Source of the DNA: Cyanophyceae cyanobacterium
GTDB taxonomy: Bacteria; Cyanobacteriota; Cyanobacteriia; Cyanobacteriales; JBHJGN01
Assembly: GCA_050331735.1 (NCBI GenBank)
Contig: JBHJGN010000019.1
Span: forward strand, 90,603 to 154,602
Length of the DNA: 64,000 bases
Reading direction: 5' to 3'
The notes beneath the pieces were generated by a model. That model worked only from the letters and a program-made list of their open reading frames with translations, was not told the origin of the DNA and searched no databases. Each line of letters begins with the position of its first letter. Positions within the stretch are counted from its first letter, which is position 1. Shown in pieces: positions 49,701 to 59,939 of the stretch. Made by a program: the position numbers and the translations under genes.

Positions 49701-50014
49701 CCCGGTTCAAAATAGAGATCGATGCTGATTCGTCCTTCACGAGTTTGCGAAAAAATTTGGACCACCCCCTCTGTGGCAGCCAGTCCCTCCTCAAGGGGGC
49801 GAGTGATTTCATCAACGGCGACTTCCGGCGATACCCCAGGAGCGCTCAACCGCAAGCCGATACGGGGATAGGTAATCGAGGGGAGCAGGTCTACCTGAAT
49901 GTTAAATAGAAAAAATACTCCAATCACGATCGCCGCGAGAGTAAGCATCAGAGTCCCGATATGCTGGCGAATCGCAACTGCACTGATACTAAATGGGGTC
50001 GTTGGAGGTTTCAT
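46766..50014 (-). CDS. RND efflux permease (AcrB/AcrD/AcrF family)
   Basis: GIVVDNSIVMLEN, GIVVNNAI, RLRPILMTT. Confidence 0.96.
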   Translation of the reverse strand: MKPPTTPFSISAVAIRQHIGTLMLTLAAIVIGVFFLFNIQVDLLPSITYPRIGLRLSAPGVSPEVAVDEITRPLEEGLAATEGVVQIFSQTREGRISIDLYFEPGGDVDQALNDATAAFNRARSNLPDIIEDPRLFKFDPSQLPVYELALTSRSLEPLQLRVFADEELARELGVVEGVAVVDVSGGGEEEVRVLIDLSRLQALGVGLNEVLTELEETNQDISGGRILGELAEPLTRAVGRFQDAEEILDLSFEVESAAGAENNSFPLRRRVYLRDFAQVIDGQANQRIFVFLNGQPAVKVSIQKQPEANTIEVVEGVKQRLEQLRQAGVVPADMELVATLDESIFIRNAIANVTNAGVAGAALAALSVLLFLGSLRQTAIVVLAIPLAALTAIIFMKLFGLSLNVFSLGGLAVGVGIVVDNSIVMLENIAESAGMTPGRDAKTRLNAQQLIQRSISSSQEVESALVAATSTNLVAVLPFLLIGGFIALLFNELVLTVSFAIAASILIAITVVPMLASRLLAIRRTSPVGRFGFMQAFNRQFAAATGRYAFLLKHVLQRRIAVIACTFLLLGGSSLLVVGRVPQEILPRIDTGQARLFAQFPPGTPLETNRRVMAKVDEILLAQPETEYVFTTSGGFLFGGNTSENPLRGTSTIMLKPNTDVEAFVSRVSAEFDKLNLVDIRLRLSPGEVRGLILNNSPARGAEVDIILQGDDAPTLERAGQQVLRTLEQRASLASFRPDADPRQSEIQIRLDRERAADLNLNIQDIGNTLETAIAGSVPTQLQRGDRLVDVRVELQEEAIRRPSQLAQIPVFVEESDRLIRLGDVTRIEAGQAPGEIQRINQRQIFLISGNLTEGASLGAALAELKQIFQEIELPQGVSRLPSAAAQSNREIQSTLSVLGGLAAFLVFVVMAVQYNSLIDPLVIMVTLPLALAGGIWGLFLTQTAIGATVIVGAVLLVGIVVNNAIILVELANQIQERQQVDRQTAILQAAPQRLRPILMTTITTVVGMFPLALGLGQGGEFLQPLGVVVFSGLALATLLTLFIIPCFYTLLHDLASQSSRKQPILPPVSPPQKPAEPFKKL

Positions 50015-50032
50015 CGATCGAGCGTTATCAAC

Positions 50033-51376
50033 TTAAGATTGGGTTTCGGAGATGAAGCTGAGGCGAACTGGCTCACCATCTTGTAATGCACCACTGCTGC
50101 GCACAACAAATTCCTCTCCCGGCTCTAGTCCAGACAGAATTTCTACCCGAGAGTTGGCGCGATCGCCAAGCTCTACCGAACGGGCAATGACGGTCGCTTG
50201 CTCTCCCTGGCGCTGGAGGACAAAGACAGTGCCTTCTGAATCTTGGGTTCCCTCTGACGCGATCTCAACCGCTGTTTCAGGAACGACGATGGCTTGAGCG
50301 TCTGGCTGACCAAAACTGACCCGCGCTAGCAGTCCGCTGCCGATCCGCCGATCGACGTTGGGAATCGTTACCTCCACCGGAATCAAGCGGGCTGTCGCAT
50401 CAGCAGCCAGAGAAATTTGGCTGACTGTTCCAGTTAATAATTGCTCGGGGAAGGCATCTAAGCGAACCTGGGCCGACTGTCCGACCCGCACCTCTGCTAG
50501 CTCTAGTTCTGAAACCTGCACCCGCACCTCAATTTGGCTAAAATCCCCTAGCCGCAGAATTTCACTACCGGGCTGAGCTAAATCTCCTGGTTCTAAAACT
50601 CTCTCTAGCACCGAACCAGTGACGGGAGAAGTGAGCACCGTAAAAGACTGTCTTTGTTGCTCTTGGTTGACCAAAGCTTGCTGGGCGGCAACGCGGCGCT
50701 GGGCAGCGACAACGGCGGCGGAGCGAGTTTGCACTTGCTGCTGGGCAGAGCGCAGGGCTTGTTCGGCTGTTCCTACCGCCGTTGTGGCTAATTCTGCTTC
50801 CTGTTCGGCAACGGCTCCCTGCGCGAAGAGCTGGTTTAGTCTGGCCGCATCAGACTGCGCCTGCTGAAGTTCCAGCCGCGCCTGTTCAACTTGAGCGCGG
50901 GCCTCGTTGACATCTGCCTGGAGGCTAGCAACTTCTGATTGACGGGCAGCCACCTCGGCTTGGGCCTCCGCCACCGCAGCCGTTGAGAGTGAGTCGTCGA
51001 TGCGGGCGAGTACCTGACCTCGCTCGATGCGATCGCCCCCATCAACGGTCACCGCTAGCAATTGTCCTTCAATTTGCGATCGCAGGGAAATCTCCCGCAC
51101 CGGAAACGTCGTGCCAACATACTCCGTCTCTGGCCCCAGCGAGCCTTGGCGAGCAACGGCCACATCAACCGAGGCCGCCGCTGATCGCTCGGACCCTCTT
51201 CCGAGTCGGTCGGCACCGGAGCCTTCGTCCCCTGAACTTTGAGCCTCTCCCGGGGGCAACAGATCGCACCCCGCTGCTAACAGCAGCAATCCCGGTAAAA
51301 TCATCAGCCGCCGTCCCCATGCCAAGTTGAATGGCCCTTTACTAGACTGAGGAGCAAAAAGCCTAAGTAACATCAT
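50033..51376 (-). CDS. RND periplasmic adaptor (MFP) lipoprotein
   Basis: Lipobox LAAGC, lipoyl halves, coiled coil, [11 protein letters not shown]. Confidence 0.93.
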   Translation of the reverse strand: MMLLRLFAPQSSKGPFNLAWGRRLMILPGLLLLAAGCDLLPPGEAQSSGDEGSGADRLGRGSERSAAASVDVAVARQGSLGPETEYVGTTFPVREISLRSQIEGQLLAVTVDGGDRIERGQVLARIDDSLSTAAVAEAQAEVAARQSEVASLQADVNEARAQVEQARLELQQAQSDAARLNQLFAQGAVAEQEAELATTAVGTAEQALRSAQQQVQTRSAAVVAAQRRVAAQQALVNQEQQRQSFTVLTSPVTGSVLERVLEPGDLAQPGSEILRLGDFSQIEVRVQVSELELAEVRVGQSAQVRLDAFPEQLLTGTVSQISLAADATARLIPVEVTIPNVDRRIGSGLLARVSFGQPDAQAIVVPETAVEIASEGTQDSEGTVFVLQRQGEQATVIARSVELGDRANSRVEILSGLEPGEEFVVRSSGALQDGEPVRLSFISETQS

Positions 51377-51562
51377 TTCAGTGAAATTGAGAAAGGTAGC
51401 AGCGCTTTAAATTGATCGCTAGTTCAAGTCTAAATATTAAAAAATATTAAAGATTCAGTGTAGCAGAAAATATGGGAATGAGCTGTTTTTGATTGACTCA
51501 GTGAGGAGGCGATCGCCGACGCTCGGAAATATGGCCCGACCATTTCACGCATAGGTCGTCGG

Positions 51563-51883
51563 CTACTTGATAGGCTCGCCCCAGTTCTCTTGGTCAATGA
51601 ACTTCACTTTGCCAAACTCTTTATCCTCGACCTGGCCACAGAATAGACATTCTGCGGTTAGCTGTTCGGCTCGATCTTTGACAACAGTTGTAGACAAATC
51701 GACTATTTTGATCCAGCCTTGGTAACTATCAATGGGAGTATTGTCAACGGCCTGAAAGCCATCGGCATCAACATCGTCTGGAGATTGATACCCTGGAGCT
51801 AACGGATACGCGACCATTCCCTCCTCTTGAGACACTAAAACCCAAAGCGTCTTCGATGAATAGTTTTTGACTTGTCCGTTCAT
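51563..51883 (-). CDS. Hypothetical protein
   Basis: 106-aa ORF with ATG; no family recognised. Confidence 0.55.
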   Translation of the reverse strand: MNGQVKNYSSKTLWVLVSQEEGMVAYPLAPGYQSPDDVDADGFQAVDNTPIDSYQGWIKIVDLSTTVVKDRAEQLTAECLFCGQVEDKEFGKVKFIDQENWGEPIK

Positions 51884-51909
51884 TCAAGTACCGCGTGAGC
51901 AAAAATTTC

Positions 51910-52329
51910 ATGTCAACCTTAGCCTTAATATCATTAGTTAGCTACAGTTGTGTCGCATTTGGCTTGATAGTTTTTGGGTTGATTTATTCAACACGAAACC
52001 AATTTATGCCCTATCACAGCAAGGCAATTAGCCTGTCTTGGTCTGAGCTTGAAGAAAATATGCAGGTACTAATTATTGCTTTAATGAGAGCCTCAGGGGG
52101 AGGGTTTTTAGCCACGGGGTTGGCCATGCTGATCTTGCTGATGATTCCTTGGAGGGCTAGAGATACCTGGTCGCTCTATGCCGTTCCGGCGCTCGGTCTT
52201 TGTACTTCGTTGGGAACTCTGTCTGCAACACAATTGGTAAAAACGAGAACCCCAGGAACGCCGCCAGTTTTCCTGAGTTTGATGGCTCTGGGACTGACTT
52301 TAGTCGGGTTCATTTTTTCTCTTGTTTAA
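51910..52329 (+). CDS. Four-TM membrane protein
   Basis: Four hydrophobic segments, FMPYH and TPGTPP motifs. Confidence 0.7.
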   Translation: MSTLALISLVSYSCVAFGLIVFGLIYSTRNQFMPYHSKAISLSWSELEENMQVLIIALMRASGGGFLATGLAMLILLMIPWRARDTWSLYAVPALGLCTSLGTLSATQLVKTRTPGTPPVFLSLMALGLTLVGFIFSLV

Positions 52330-52337
52330 CGCAGGAC

Positions 52338-53486
52338 TTACACTTGAAAGTCGATTAAGCCGACGTCTTCTCCTGCGGCCCAATGAGCAAAGTGCCGCGC
52401 GAGGGGGGGAGCAAAGACTAACGTACTGGTAAATCCAGAAAATAAATGCACTCCGCTAAAGTTGGCGATCGCTCCCACTAACGGACGAGAACGAGGTGCA
52501 AAAGCCACTAGACAGCTCTGAAGAGTTCCTGGTAAATTTGAAAGAGAAGGAAGTATGGTTGCTATTCCTGTACGAATTTTCTCTTCGCAAGCTGCCGCAT
52601 CAATAGCAGCGTGGGGATCGCTCAGCGCTTGACTAATTTGACCCAGACAAAAGGTGCCGTCTACAAACTGAATGGCTCCTGGATCGAGAATAGGCGGAAC
52701 CAGTTCGCGACTAGCAGCATCCCACTCTGATTGGGAGCTAGCCTGTTCTTCTAAGGCAAACCGTTGCAAAACAGCAGGCATGACGAGAGTGCGTAGCTCA
52801 ATTGCTGCTGGAGGAGTCATAATCACCTGTTCGTGGGTAAAGTAAACAGGCACGTCAATTCCTGCGGCCTTTAGTAGGGAGCGGCTTAACCCGCCAGCAC
52901 AGATCGCCGTGTTCGCCGCACAGTAAGACTGACTAGGAGTTCTCACTCCCTGCACTGACTGTCTCTGGTGCAGCAGCTCGACCACTGGCTCAATTTTGAA
53001 TTCCCCACCAGCCCGTTCAAATGCTTGCAGGTAGGCGGCGGTTGTCTTGTGGGCATTAATGTGTCCGTGAGGAAGATGCAGCGCTCCAGCGATCGCTTTG
53101 GGGTTGAGTAAAGGCTCTAGTTCGCAGGCTTCCTTAATATTCAGTAAGCGAGGAGGAATGGCAAACTGCTCATAGCTGTTGGCAACAGCTTGCGGATCGT
53201 CTTCTGTGTTAATTGTCAATAGCAGCTCGAGTTCTCGAAACTCCGTATCTGCTTCCAGTTCTGCCGAGAGCTGACGGTGAAGCTCAATGCCTTCGGCACA
53301 CAACTGGCGACTGAGGGCGGTGGTTCCAGACCAGTAGGCAAGACCCCCGTAGCTATAGAGCGTGGCGTTGTCTGGTTGGACATTCTTTTCCAGCAGCAGC
53401 ACCTGAAACCCTTTTTGAGCTAGCTCATACCCTAAAGCAGCGCCAGTAATCCCGCCACCAACAACAATCCAATCGTAGTGAGTCAT
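52338..53486 (-). CDS. FAD-dependent oxidoreductase (DAO/glycine oxidase-like)
   Basis: VVGGGITG, AT..SYGG, LEPLLN, FSGFTS. Confidence 0.88.
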   Translation of the reverse strand: MTHYDWIVVGGGITGAALGYELAQKGFQVLLLEKNVQPDNATLYSYGGLAYWSGTTALSRQLCAEGIELHRQLSAELEADTEFRELELLLTINTEDDPQAVANSYEQFAIPPRLLNIKEACELEPLLNPKAIAGALHLPHGHINAHKTTAAYLQAFERAGGEFKIEPVVELLHQRQSVQGVRTPSQSYCAANTAICAGGLSRSLLKAAGIDVPVYFTHEQVIMTPPAAIELRTLVMPAVLQRFALEEQASSQSEWDAASRELVPPILDPGAIQFVDGTFCLGQISQALSDPHAAIDAAACEEKIRTGIATILPSLSNLPGTLQSCLVAFAPRSRPLVGAIANFSGVHLFSGFTSTLVFAPPLARHFAHWAAGEDVGLIDFQV

Positions 53487-53764
53487 AGTTTTGCTTGCGA
53501 TTGCTAGCTACATTATGGCCTGATTCAAGCGATGTCCGAGCCTTCACAGCCGTCCACCGTTGCTAGAGTCATGCCGTTTCAGAGTACGACTCCCCGAATA
53601 TAGCCTCAACCATGAGATTCTTACGTTCCTGGTCTAGAACTCAGCATTTCCAGGAGAACAAAATAGCCACCCCGCAAAAAAAATTCCTTTTTTTGCGGAA
53701 TTGAGGCAGGACAAGCTGTAGTTAAAAAAATAACTGCGGAAAAAGTAATTTTTCAGGTTCTCTA

Positions 53765-54691
53765 TTGATGACTAGTCAGCTTTTTACTCGATTTGGTGAT
53801 GCTCACTGCAAGCTGCTTCTCTCCAGCGAACGCCGGTGGCATAGCTTGTGCCTATGGCATCTAGTCTATCCTGCCACTGGTGAATTGTTGGTTCCCAGTC
53901 TGCCTCACTTGAGTATTACCATTGCTCTCAGTACCCCCTGTAACGTCCAACAAAGTTTGCAGGGAACGCTCCGACAAGGACGTTTTCTGCCTGGAGATGT
54001 CATTTTAGTAGGGTCTGGAAAACCGAGTCAGTGGCAATGGCAAGGAGAGGACACTTTTGAAGTGCTTCATCTGTGTTTATCTACCAAAGTGATTGATAAG
54101 GTCATTACGAAGTCCACAGAGACTGACCTCAACCAGGTCAAGATTGTTGACCGATTCATGATTCAGGATGTCTTTATTCGGCAAATAGGTCTGCTAGTGA
54201 AGCAGGAGTTAGAAACTGGCGGGATCGCTGGTTATCTCTATGTAGATGCTTTAGCCTACAGTCTGGCCGTGCATTTATTGCGAGAACACTCAACGCTGAC
54301 TAGAAAAACAGCAAGCGCCAAGAAACTTTCTCAGAATCAGCTAGATCTGGTGTTTGGCCACATAGAAGACAACATTCATCAAAAGCTTTCCCTCGAACAG
54401 TTAGCCAATTCCCTGCGTCTGAAACCCGATCACCTCAGTCAGTTATTTAAGGAATCCACAGGACTCACTCCTTATCAGTATGTGGTAGAAAGGCGTTTAG
54501 ACCGAGCCAAACGGTTGCTGAAGGAGACTAATTTACCGATTTCAGAAGTCGTCAATCGGTCGGGTTTCTCTAGTCACAGTGGCTTGATTAAGGCTTTCCA
54601 TCTGCACTTGGGCATGACGCCGAAGATGTATCGTGCTCATGGGGAAAAATTCAGAAGCAGCAACCAGAAAACCACGAGTAAAAAGGCTTGA
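53765..54691 (+). CDS. AraC family transcription regulator
   Basis: LSLEQLA..HLSQLFKESTGLTPYQY..RLDRAKRLL..GFSSHS..GMTP..YR. Confidence 0.92.
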   Translation: MMTSQLFTRFGDAHCKLLLSSERRWHSLCLWHLVYPATGELLVPSLPHLSITIALSTPCNVQQSLQGTLRQGRFLPGDVILVGSGKPSQWQWQGEDTFEVLHLCLSTKVIDKVITKSTETDLNQVKIVDRFMIQDVFIRQIGLLVKQELETGGIAGYLYVDALAYSLAVHLLREHSTLTRKTASAKKLSQNQLDLVFGHIEDNIHQKLSLEQLANSLRLKPDHLSQLFKESTGLTPYQYVVERRLDRAKRLLKETNLPISEVVNRSGFSSHSGLIKAFHLHLGMTPKMYRAHGEKFRSSNQKTTSKKA

Positions 54692-54692
54692 T

Positions 54693-55592
54693 TCAAGTAA
54701 AAATGCTGAGGTCGAGAGTGAGGGCGAGTTTTTTAAGTAGAAATAAACCGGCAATCGAGTTTCCGGCTTGGTCAAGGGGAGGACTATAACAGGCGATCGC
54801 TCCAGACCGAGGAATAACTGCTAACACTGCGCCGCTGACTCCAGATTTAGTAGGCAGTCCGACTTCGACGGCAAAGCGTCCGGATGCTTGATAGAGTCCG
54901 CAAGTAGTCATCAGGGCTTTGACGGTGCGGCAGTGGGCAGAATATAGAGGAGAAGGACACTGAACCAGCAGCATCCCTAAGCGGGCTAAATCGGCAATGG
55001 TTCCGGAAAGACAGCAAAGCTGATTGTAGGTAGCTAAGGCGCTCGCCGCATCTTGAACATAGCCCGCACTGGCTAGTTCTTGGGCCAGTGCTTGATTGTT
55101 GGGATTCGGAACAGAACGCACCGATGCCAGCATCAAGGAATCTAAATAGAGTTGGCAACCAAAGCCATTGAGCCACTGACAGAGGTGGCGACACCGCGAA
55201 GCCGCATCTTGACCCGGTAGTAAAGCAGCTAGGGCGATCGCCCCACTGTTAATCAGTGGATTTCTCGGTCGTCCGCCGTCGGCTTGCAGTTGTGCTAGAG
55301 AGTTAAAAGGATATTCAGAGGGTTCCATTCCAACTTTGGCAAAAATATCAGTTCCTAATGTCAGTAAACGAAGCAGCAAGAATGGTTTGATGACGCTCAT
55401 CAGGGGAAAGGTCAATGACAAATCTCCTACTGAATGAGACTGTCTAGCCGTCAGCAGGTGCAGAGCAAAACGACGCGGATTAGCCGAGCTGAGTCGAGGA
55501 ATATAATGGGGAAGTTGACCCGTTTGGGCGAGAGTGACTGCTTCAGCAGCCCAGGCATTTAGTTGTGCTGGCTCGATTAATCTTCGCTCCAT
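54693..55592 (-). CDS. glsA: Glutaminase
   Basis: YIPRL, MSVIK (SxxK), VGMEPS, PRNPLINSGAI, PTKSGVSG, SPPLD..GNS. Confidence 0.92.
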   Translation of the reverse strand: MERRLIEPAQLNAWAAEAVTLAQTGQLPHYIPRLSSANPRRFALHLLTARQSHSVGDLSLTFPLMSVIKPFLLLRLLTLGTDIFAKVGMEPSEYPFNSLAQLQADGGRPRNPLINSGAIALAALLPGQDAASRCRHLCQWLNGFGCQLYLDSLMLASVRSVPNPNNQALAQELASAGYVQDAASALATYNQLCCLSGTIADLARLGMLLVQCPSPLYSAHCRTVKALMTTCGLYQASGRFAVEVGLPTKSGVSGAVLAVIPRSGAIACYSPPLDQAGNSIAGLFLLKKLALTLDLSIFT

Positions 55593-55671
55593 AGTCACTG
55601 ATGGTAGTTAGCAGGACGGAGATAACAATGATGACAGCCTCTAGCAATCGTTTTGCCCTCTGTCTGATAGT

Positions 55672-56862
55672 ATGAGCGATCACGTTACTGTAAATACGGC
55701 GTCTTCTCTGCGGTTCAATCTGGGGAAACTCTTCATCTTACAGGCACTTGCGTTTGCTTGGTTTCCGATTCCAACGATTATTCTGTTCTATCAAAGTTAC
55801 GGGCTTTCGTTGGAACAGGCACTGATTCTAAAAACAGTGTTGTCTTTATCAACTCTGGTATGTGAAATTCCTTCTGGATATTTAGCTGATCTCTGCGGGC
55901 GCAAATCTTCTTTAGTGGCTGGAGGAGCAATTTGGACGATTTCATTGCTGCTGTACTGTTTTGGGGGTTCGTTCTCCGTTTTTTTAGCGGCTGAAATGCT
56001 GGCTGGAGTAGCAGCCAGTTTAATTTCTGGAGCCGATACCGCTTTAGCGTTTGATACTCTCCTGCGGCAAGGGCGTGAAGGAGAATATCCTCGCTTTGAA
56101 GGCAGAATGGTGGCAATTGCTGGAGTCACCGAAGCAGTGTGTGGTGTGGTTGGCGGAGTAGTAGCGGCCAACAATCTCGTTTATCCTTTCTATTTGCAAG
56201 CTGCCTGCATTGCTCTATACTGCTTGCTGGCTGCGACCTTGACAGAACCGCCTCGTCATATTTCTCAAAGAATCAAAATCTGGCCAGTTGTCCGCAGCGC
56301 TTTTAGCGAACCTCGTCTCAAATGGTTAATTTTCTTCTCTGCGACGCTCTCGACAGCGACTTTTTTAATCGTGTGGCTCTCTCAGGCTTATTTGGAAGGA
56401 CAAAACTTTCCCGTTGCCAGTTTTGGGCTTGCTTGGGCACTGTTTCATGGCGTGATGAGCTTAGCCGCTATAGGGGCGACGGTAACAACCCTTCGTTTAG
56501 GAGCGCAGCGGTCATTTTTCCTGTTGGTGATTCTGCTAGGGCTTTCCTACATTCTGCTCGGCTTCATTCGCCAGCCGTGGGGAATTGTATTTATAGCGAC
56601 TGTCTACGGAGTCCGAGGGTTAAAGACGCCTCTTCTGCTGAGCTATATTAATCGTCACGCGATGTCTGAAAGTCGAGCCACTGTTCTATCCGTCAATAGC
56701 TTCGTGTTTCGGCTTGGTTTTGCCGTTGCTGGACCAGTCGCAGGATACTTGGCCGATACTTACTCTCTAGACATTACTTTAATGGTATTTGGAACAATTT
56801 TCCTAACTTTGGGAATCTTCTGTGCCGATAAACTGACGTTTCTGCAAGTGTTCTCTGATTGA
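55672..56862 (+). CDS. MFS transporter
   Basis: EIPSGYLADLCGRK, SGADTAL, RATVLS; about 12 TM segments. Confidence 0.9.
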   Translation: MSDHVTVNTASSLRFNLGKLFILQALAFAWFPIPTIILFYQSYGLSLEQALILKTVLSLSTLVCEIPSGYLADLCGRKSSLVAGGAIWTISLLLYCFGGSFSVFLAAEMLAGVAASLISGADTALAFDTLLRQGREGEYPRFEGRMVAIAGVTEAVCGVVGGVVAANNLVYPFYLQAACIALYCLLAATLTEPPRHISQRIKIWPVVRSAFSEPRLKWLIFFSATLSTATFLIVWLSQAYLEGQNFPVASFGLAWALFHGVMSLAAIGATVTTLRLGAQRSFFLLVILLGLSYILLGFIRQPWGIVFIATVYGVRGLKTPLLLSYINRHAMSESRATVLSVNSFVFRLGFAVAGPVAGYLADTYSLDITLMVFGTIFLTLGIFCADKLTFLQVFSD

Positions 56863-57028
56863 TACCAATTTTCGACTGGAACAGTGCAGATTCCCGATGA
56901 CAGATGCTCCAGTGCTGGGAACCGTATCTGGCAACCAGGCGATCGCATCGTGGAACCGCAGGGAGTTTATCAACTGGCTAACGGCAGGCTCTTCATGAGC
57001 CGTCAATGTCTTTGATGCTAGCTCTTGC

Positions 57029-57349
57029 TCATCGTGGGATCGTCCTACCAATAGCGTTAACAGTGCCAACATCATCTTGACGAGAAAACAATAACCACAG
57101 CTTACCGTGTTGGCCACACAAAAATTCCTCAATCCAGTGATTGCGATCTAGATAAGTTCCCTGGCTAGCGAGCGTTTTGGCTTTCTGGCTAGTCATCTGA
57201 CACATTCTCTGAATCATCTCACTATCTGCGTAGCACAAATACTGTTGCGACCCAGTGACTCTCCATAGCCTTTCTTGGCAATAGGGGCAAAAAAACTTTT
57301 GCGGCTTTCTGCGGCTTCCCTGTTTAGGCACAATCTGCTCCTCAAGCAA
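57029..57349 (-). CDS. Hypothetical Zn-ribbon protein, possibly with a degenerate 3' end
   Basis: FCPYCQERLWR...WIEEFLCGQHGKLWL. Confidence 0.55.
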   Translation of the reverse strand: MLEEQIVPKQGSRRKPQKFFCPYCQERLWRVTGSQQYLCYADSEMIQRMCQMTSQKAKTLASQGTYLDRNHWIEEFLCGQHGKLWLLFSRQDDVGTVNAIGRTIPR

Positions 57350-57682
57350 GGATCAATAGCTAACGTTTGCTAAACACTATAGGCAAGAAAGCTTGACAAA
57401 TTGTTTCAGATTCTCACAGCATTTGCTACACGTTTATGCCACCTGCTTTGCATAAAAGTGCAATCCTGATAGTCAGTTGCTCTGAAGTTGCTTTCTAGTA
57501 AGGCATAGACAGATACAAACATCCGGACGAGCTAAAGATTACTTCGATCAGAAATGACATTTCTGACTTCTGCTATGGCTGTGCCGAGGTCTTCATAGGA
57601 TCGTCCTGACTTCTCTCTACTACAATGACCGCGCTTTGCGCTCTCGCCTCCGCGATCGCTTATCCTGGTCGAGGACTGAAGG

Positions 57683-57916
57683 GCGATCGCTCGTTTGGAA
57701 AAGTTTATTATCACTGGAGCAGGAGGTTTACCCATGCGTCCTGGAGATACTTCCCTGTCTTCTTACTCCACCGGGACAGTGCCAACGATTCCCAAGGAGG
57801 CATCCTCTCATCCTGGTATTTTTCGGGCTTGGCAAATAAGCGATCCTGTTGTAGAACCGCAAGGAGTTTATCGATTGCCGAACGGTCAGCTCGTTCTGAG
57901 CCGCCAGTGTTCTTAA
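57683..57916 (+). pseudogene. C-terminal stub of a filamentous-haemagglutinin-like (TpsA) exoprotein
   Basis: KFIITGAGGLPMRPGD..SSYSTGTV..WQISDPVVEPQGVYRLPNGQLVLSRQC, the typical cyanobacterial TpsA tail; directly upstream of TpsB. Confidence 0.75.
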
Positions 57917-58136
57917 ACTCTAGGTAACAAGCGGTGAAGCTAATCAGGAAAGGGATGCCTAGACAACGTTAGCCTATCTTTATGTAGGAACAGTTCGCCG
58001 TTAAAGCTTCTTTTTTAAATCGCCAATTAATCTAAAATTTTTCGACGTATTTCCTTGAAAGCATTCATTTTCATGCTTTTCTAAGATCTTGAGTCGATCA
58101 GGTTTCTGATGACAAGCTTGCTCAAGATTAAGCAGG

Positions 58137-59939
58137 TTGATTTCGTTTCCCATCGTGAAGATTACTGGAGTTGTATTAGTGGGCGTCAAATCAAAAGGAG
58201 TAATCACATCAGTCTTTGGCTTAGCTACTTTACTCTGCATCCCTCTCGGGACAGTCGCGCAGCTTCCCCCCCAAGAAGAACTCCCGCCAGAAGAGCTTCC
58301 CGAGGAGCTGATTATTCCCCCCACTTCCCCAGATCCGATTGAGCCAACCATTCCTCAACCCTCTGCACCGTCTCCTCTCCCTGATGAATTCCCCGAAGCA
58401 ACTCCGGAACCCAATTTACAGTCTCCCTCTCCCTCTCGGGTTCCGGGATGCCCAGCACCGCCCGAGACGAGCGATCGCTTTTTTGTCAGACAAGTCGAGG
58501 TGGTGGGCAATACGGTGTTGCAGACCGAGATTGACCAGTACACCCAGCCGCTCAAGCGCCGCACCGTTACCCTAGAGGATTTACTGTGTCTGCGCTCCAA
58601 AATCACCGAACTCTACATCCAAAATGGCTACGTCACCTCCGGTGCTTTTCTCCCCAATAACCAAGATCTCAGCGACGGAATTGTGCAGATCCAGGTCGTC
58701 GAAGGCGAACTCAATGACATCGAAATTAGCGGCTTGAACCGCCTCCAAACAGGATACGTGCGTTCTCGTCTCCGCCAAGCGACAACAGCTCCCCTGAATC
58801 AGCAACGCTTAGAAGAAGCTCTGCAATTGCTTCAGCTCGATTCCTTAATCGACCAGGTAAACGCCGAATTGACGGTCGGCAGTACGCCGGGGCAAAATAC
58901 GTTACTCATCGATCTCCAAGAAGCCTCGGCCTTCAATGTCGGAGTCGGCAGCGATAACTACCGTTCCCCCAGCATTGGCTCTGCCCAATTAAATGTCCTC
59001 GTTGCTCACGATAATCTGTTGGGGGTTGGCGATCGCCTCAGCGCCCAGTACGGACTCACCGAAGGACTCGACATCTATGATATTGGCTACGCCGTTCCTG
59101 TTAATGCTAACGACGGCACCCTCGGCGTCCGCTACAGCAACAGCGACACCACCATTATTGAAGACGAGTTTGAGGAGTTTGAGATCGAAAGCGAAACCGA
59201 AACCGTTTCCTTTAGCCTCCGTCAGCCAGTGCTGCGATCACCCCAACGAGAACTAGCGCTGGGCTTGACTCTAGATCTGCGTCATCGCCAAACCTTTTTA
59301 CAGGGCGAGCCGTTTTCCTTTGACATTGGCACTGAAGATGGCGAATCGGAGGTGACGGTGCTGCGGTTTTCCCAAGATTGGGTCGAGCGCGGTGCGAGTC
59401 GGGTGCTCGCCGCTCGCTCTCAGTTAAGCTTTGGTCTTGATGCTTTTGGAGCCACTGTCAACGACGTGGGCACCGACGGACGTTTTTTTGCTTGGCAAGG
59501 ACAGTTCCAGTGGGTGCAGCAGTTGTCGTCGAGGACTTTACTCATCACCAGAATTGGCACTCAACTCACGCCCGATTCTTTACTTTCCCTAGAACAGTTC
59601 AGCATTGGAGGAGCCAGCACCGTGCGGGGCTATCGGGAAAATCAGCTCGTCACGGATAACGGCGTTTTGGGGTCGATTGAGCTACGCATTCCGCTCACCG
59701 CCGCTCCGAGCGTACTCCAGCTCACTCCTTTCTTCGACATCGGCACTGGCTGGAATAATCAGGCTCCCGACCCCGAGACAGCAACGCTCGCTAGTTTAGG
59801 ACTCGGCGTCCGCTGGTTGATTACCGATAATTTGGGCGTACGCCTAGATTACGGAATTCCGCTGATTGCTGTTGCTCGTCGAGGAGACTCGCTCCAGGAC
59901 AACGGGTTTCACTTTTCGCTCGACTTCCAGCCATTTTAG
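58137..59939 (+). CDS. ShlB/FhaC/HecB family two-partner secretion transporter (TpsB)
   Basis: Pro-rich linker, POTRA (GYVTSGAF), VRGYRENQ, RLDYGIPL, terminal F. Confidence 0.93.
   Translation: MISFPIVKITGVVLVGVKSKGVITSVFGLATLLCIPLGTVAQLPPQEELPPEELPEELIIPPTSPDPIEPTIPQPSAPSPLPDEFPEATPEPNLQSPSPSRVPGCPAPPETSDRFFVRQVEVVGNTVLQTEIDQYTQPLKRRTVTLEDLLCLRSKITELYIQNGYVTSGAFLPNNQDLSDGIVQIQVVEGELNDIEISGLNRLQTGYVRSRLRQATTAPLNQQRLEEALQLLQLDSLIDQVNAELTVGSTPGQNTLLIDLQEASAFNVGVGSDNYRSPSIGSAQLNVLVAHDNLLGVGDRLSAQYGLTEGLDIYDIGYAVPVNANDGTLGVRYSNSDTTIIEDEFEEFEIESETETVSFSLRQPVLRSPQRELALGLTLDLRHRQTFLQGEPFSFDIGTEDGESEVTVLRFSQDWVERGASRVLAARSQLSFGLDAFGATVNDVGTDGRFFAWQGQFQWVQQLSSRTLLITRIGTQLTPDSLLSLEQFSIGGASTVRGYRENQLVTDNGVLGSIELRIPLTAAPSVLQLTPFFDIGTGWNNQAPDPETATLASLGLGVRWLITDNLGVRLDYGIPLIAVARRGDSLQDNGFHFSLDFQPF

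Noticed and set aside
51460..51475. Possible NtcA site upstream of the RND operon (GTAgcagaaaaTAT)
   Set aside because: Mismatch in the TAC half-site and no supporting context.
53672..53740. A/T-tract hairpins upstream of the AraC gene as a riboswitch or phase-variable tract
   Set aside because: No recognisable aptamer; tracts are only 7-8 nt, so insufficient evidence.
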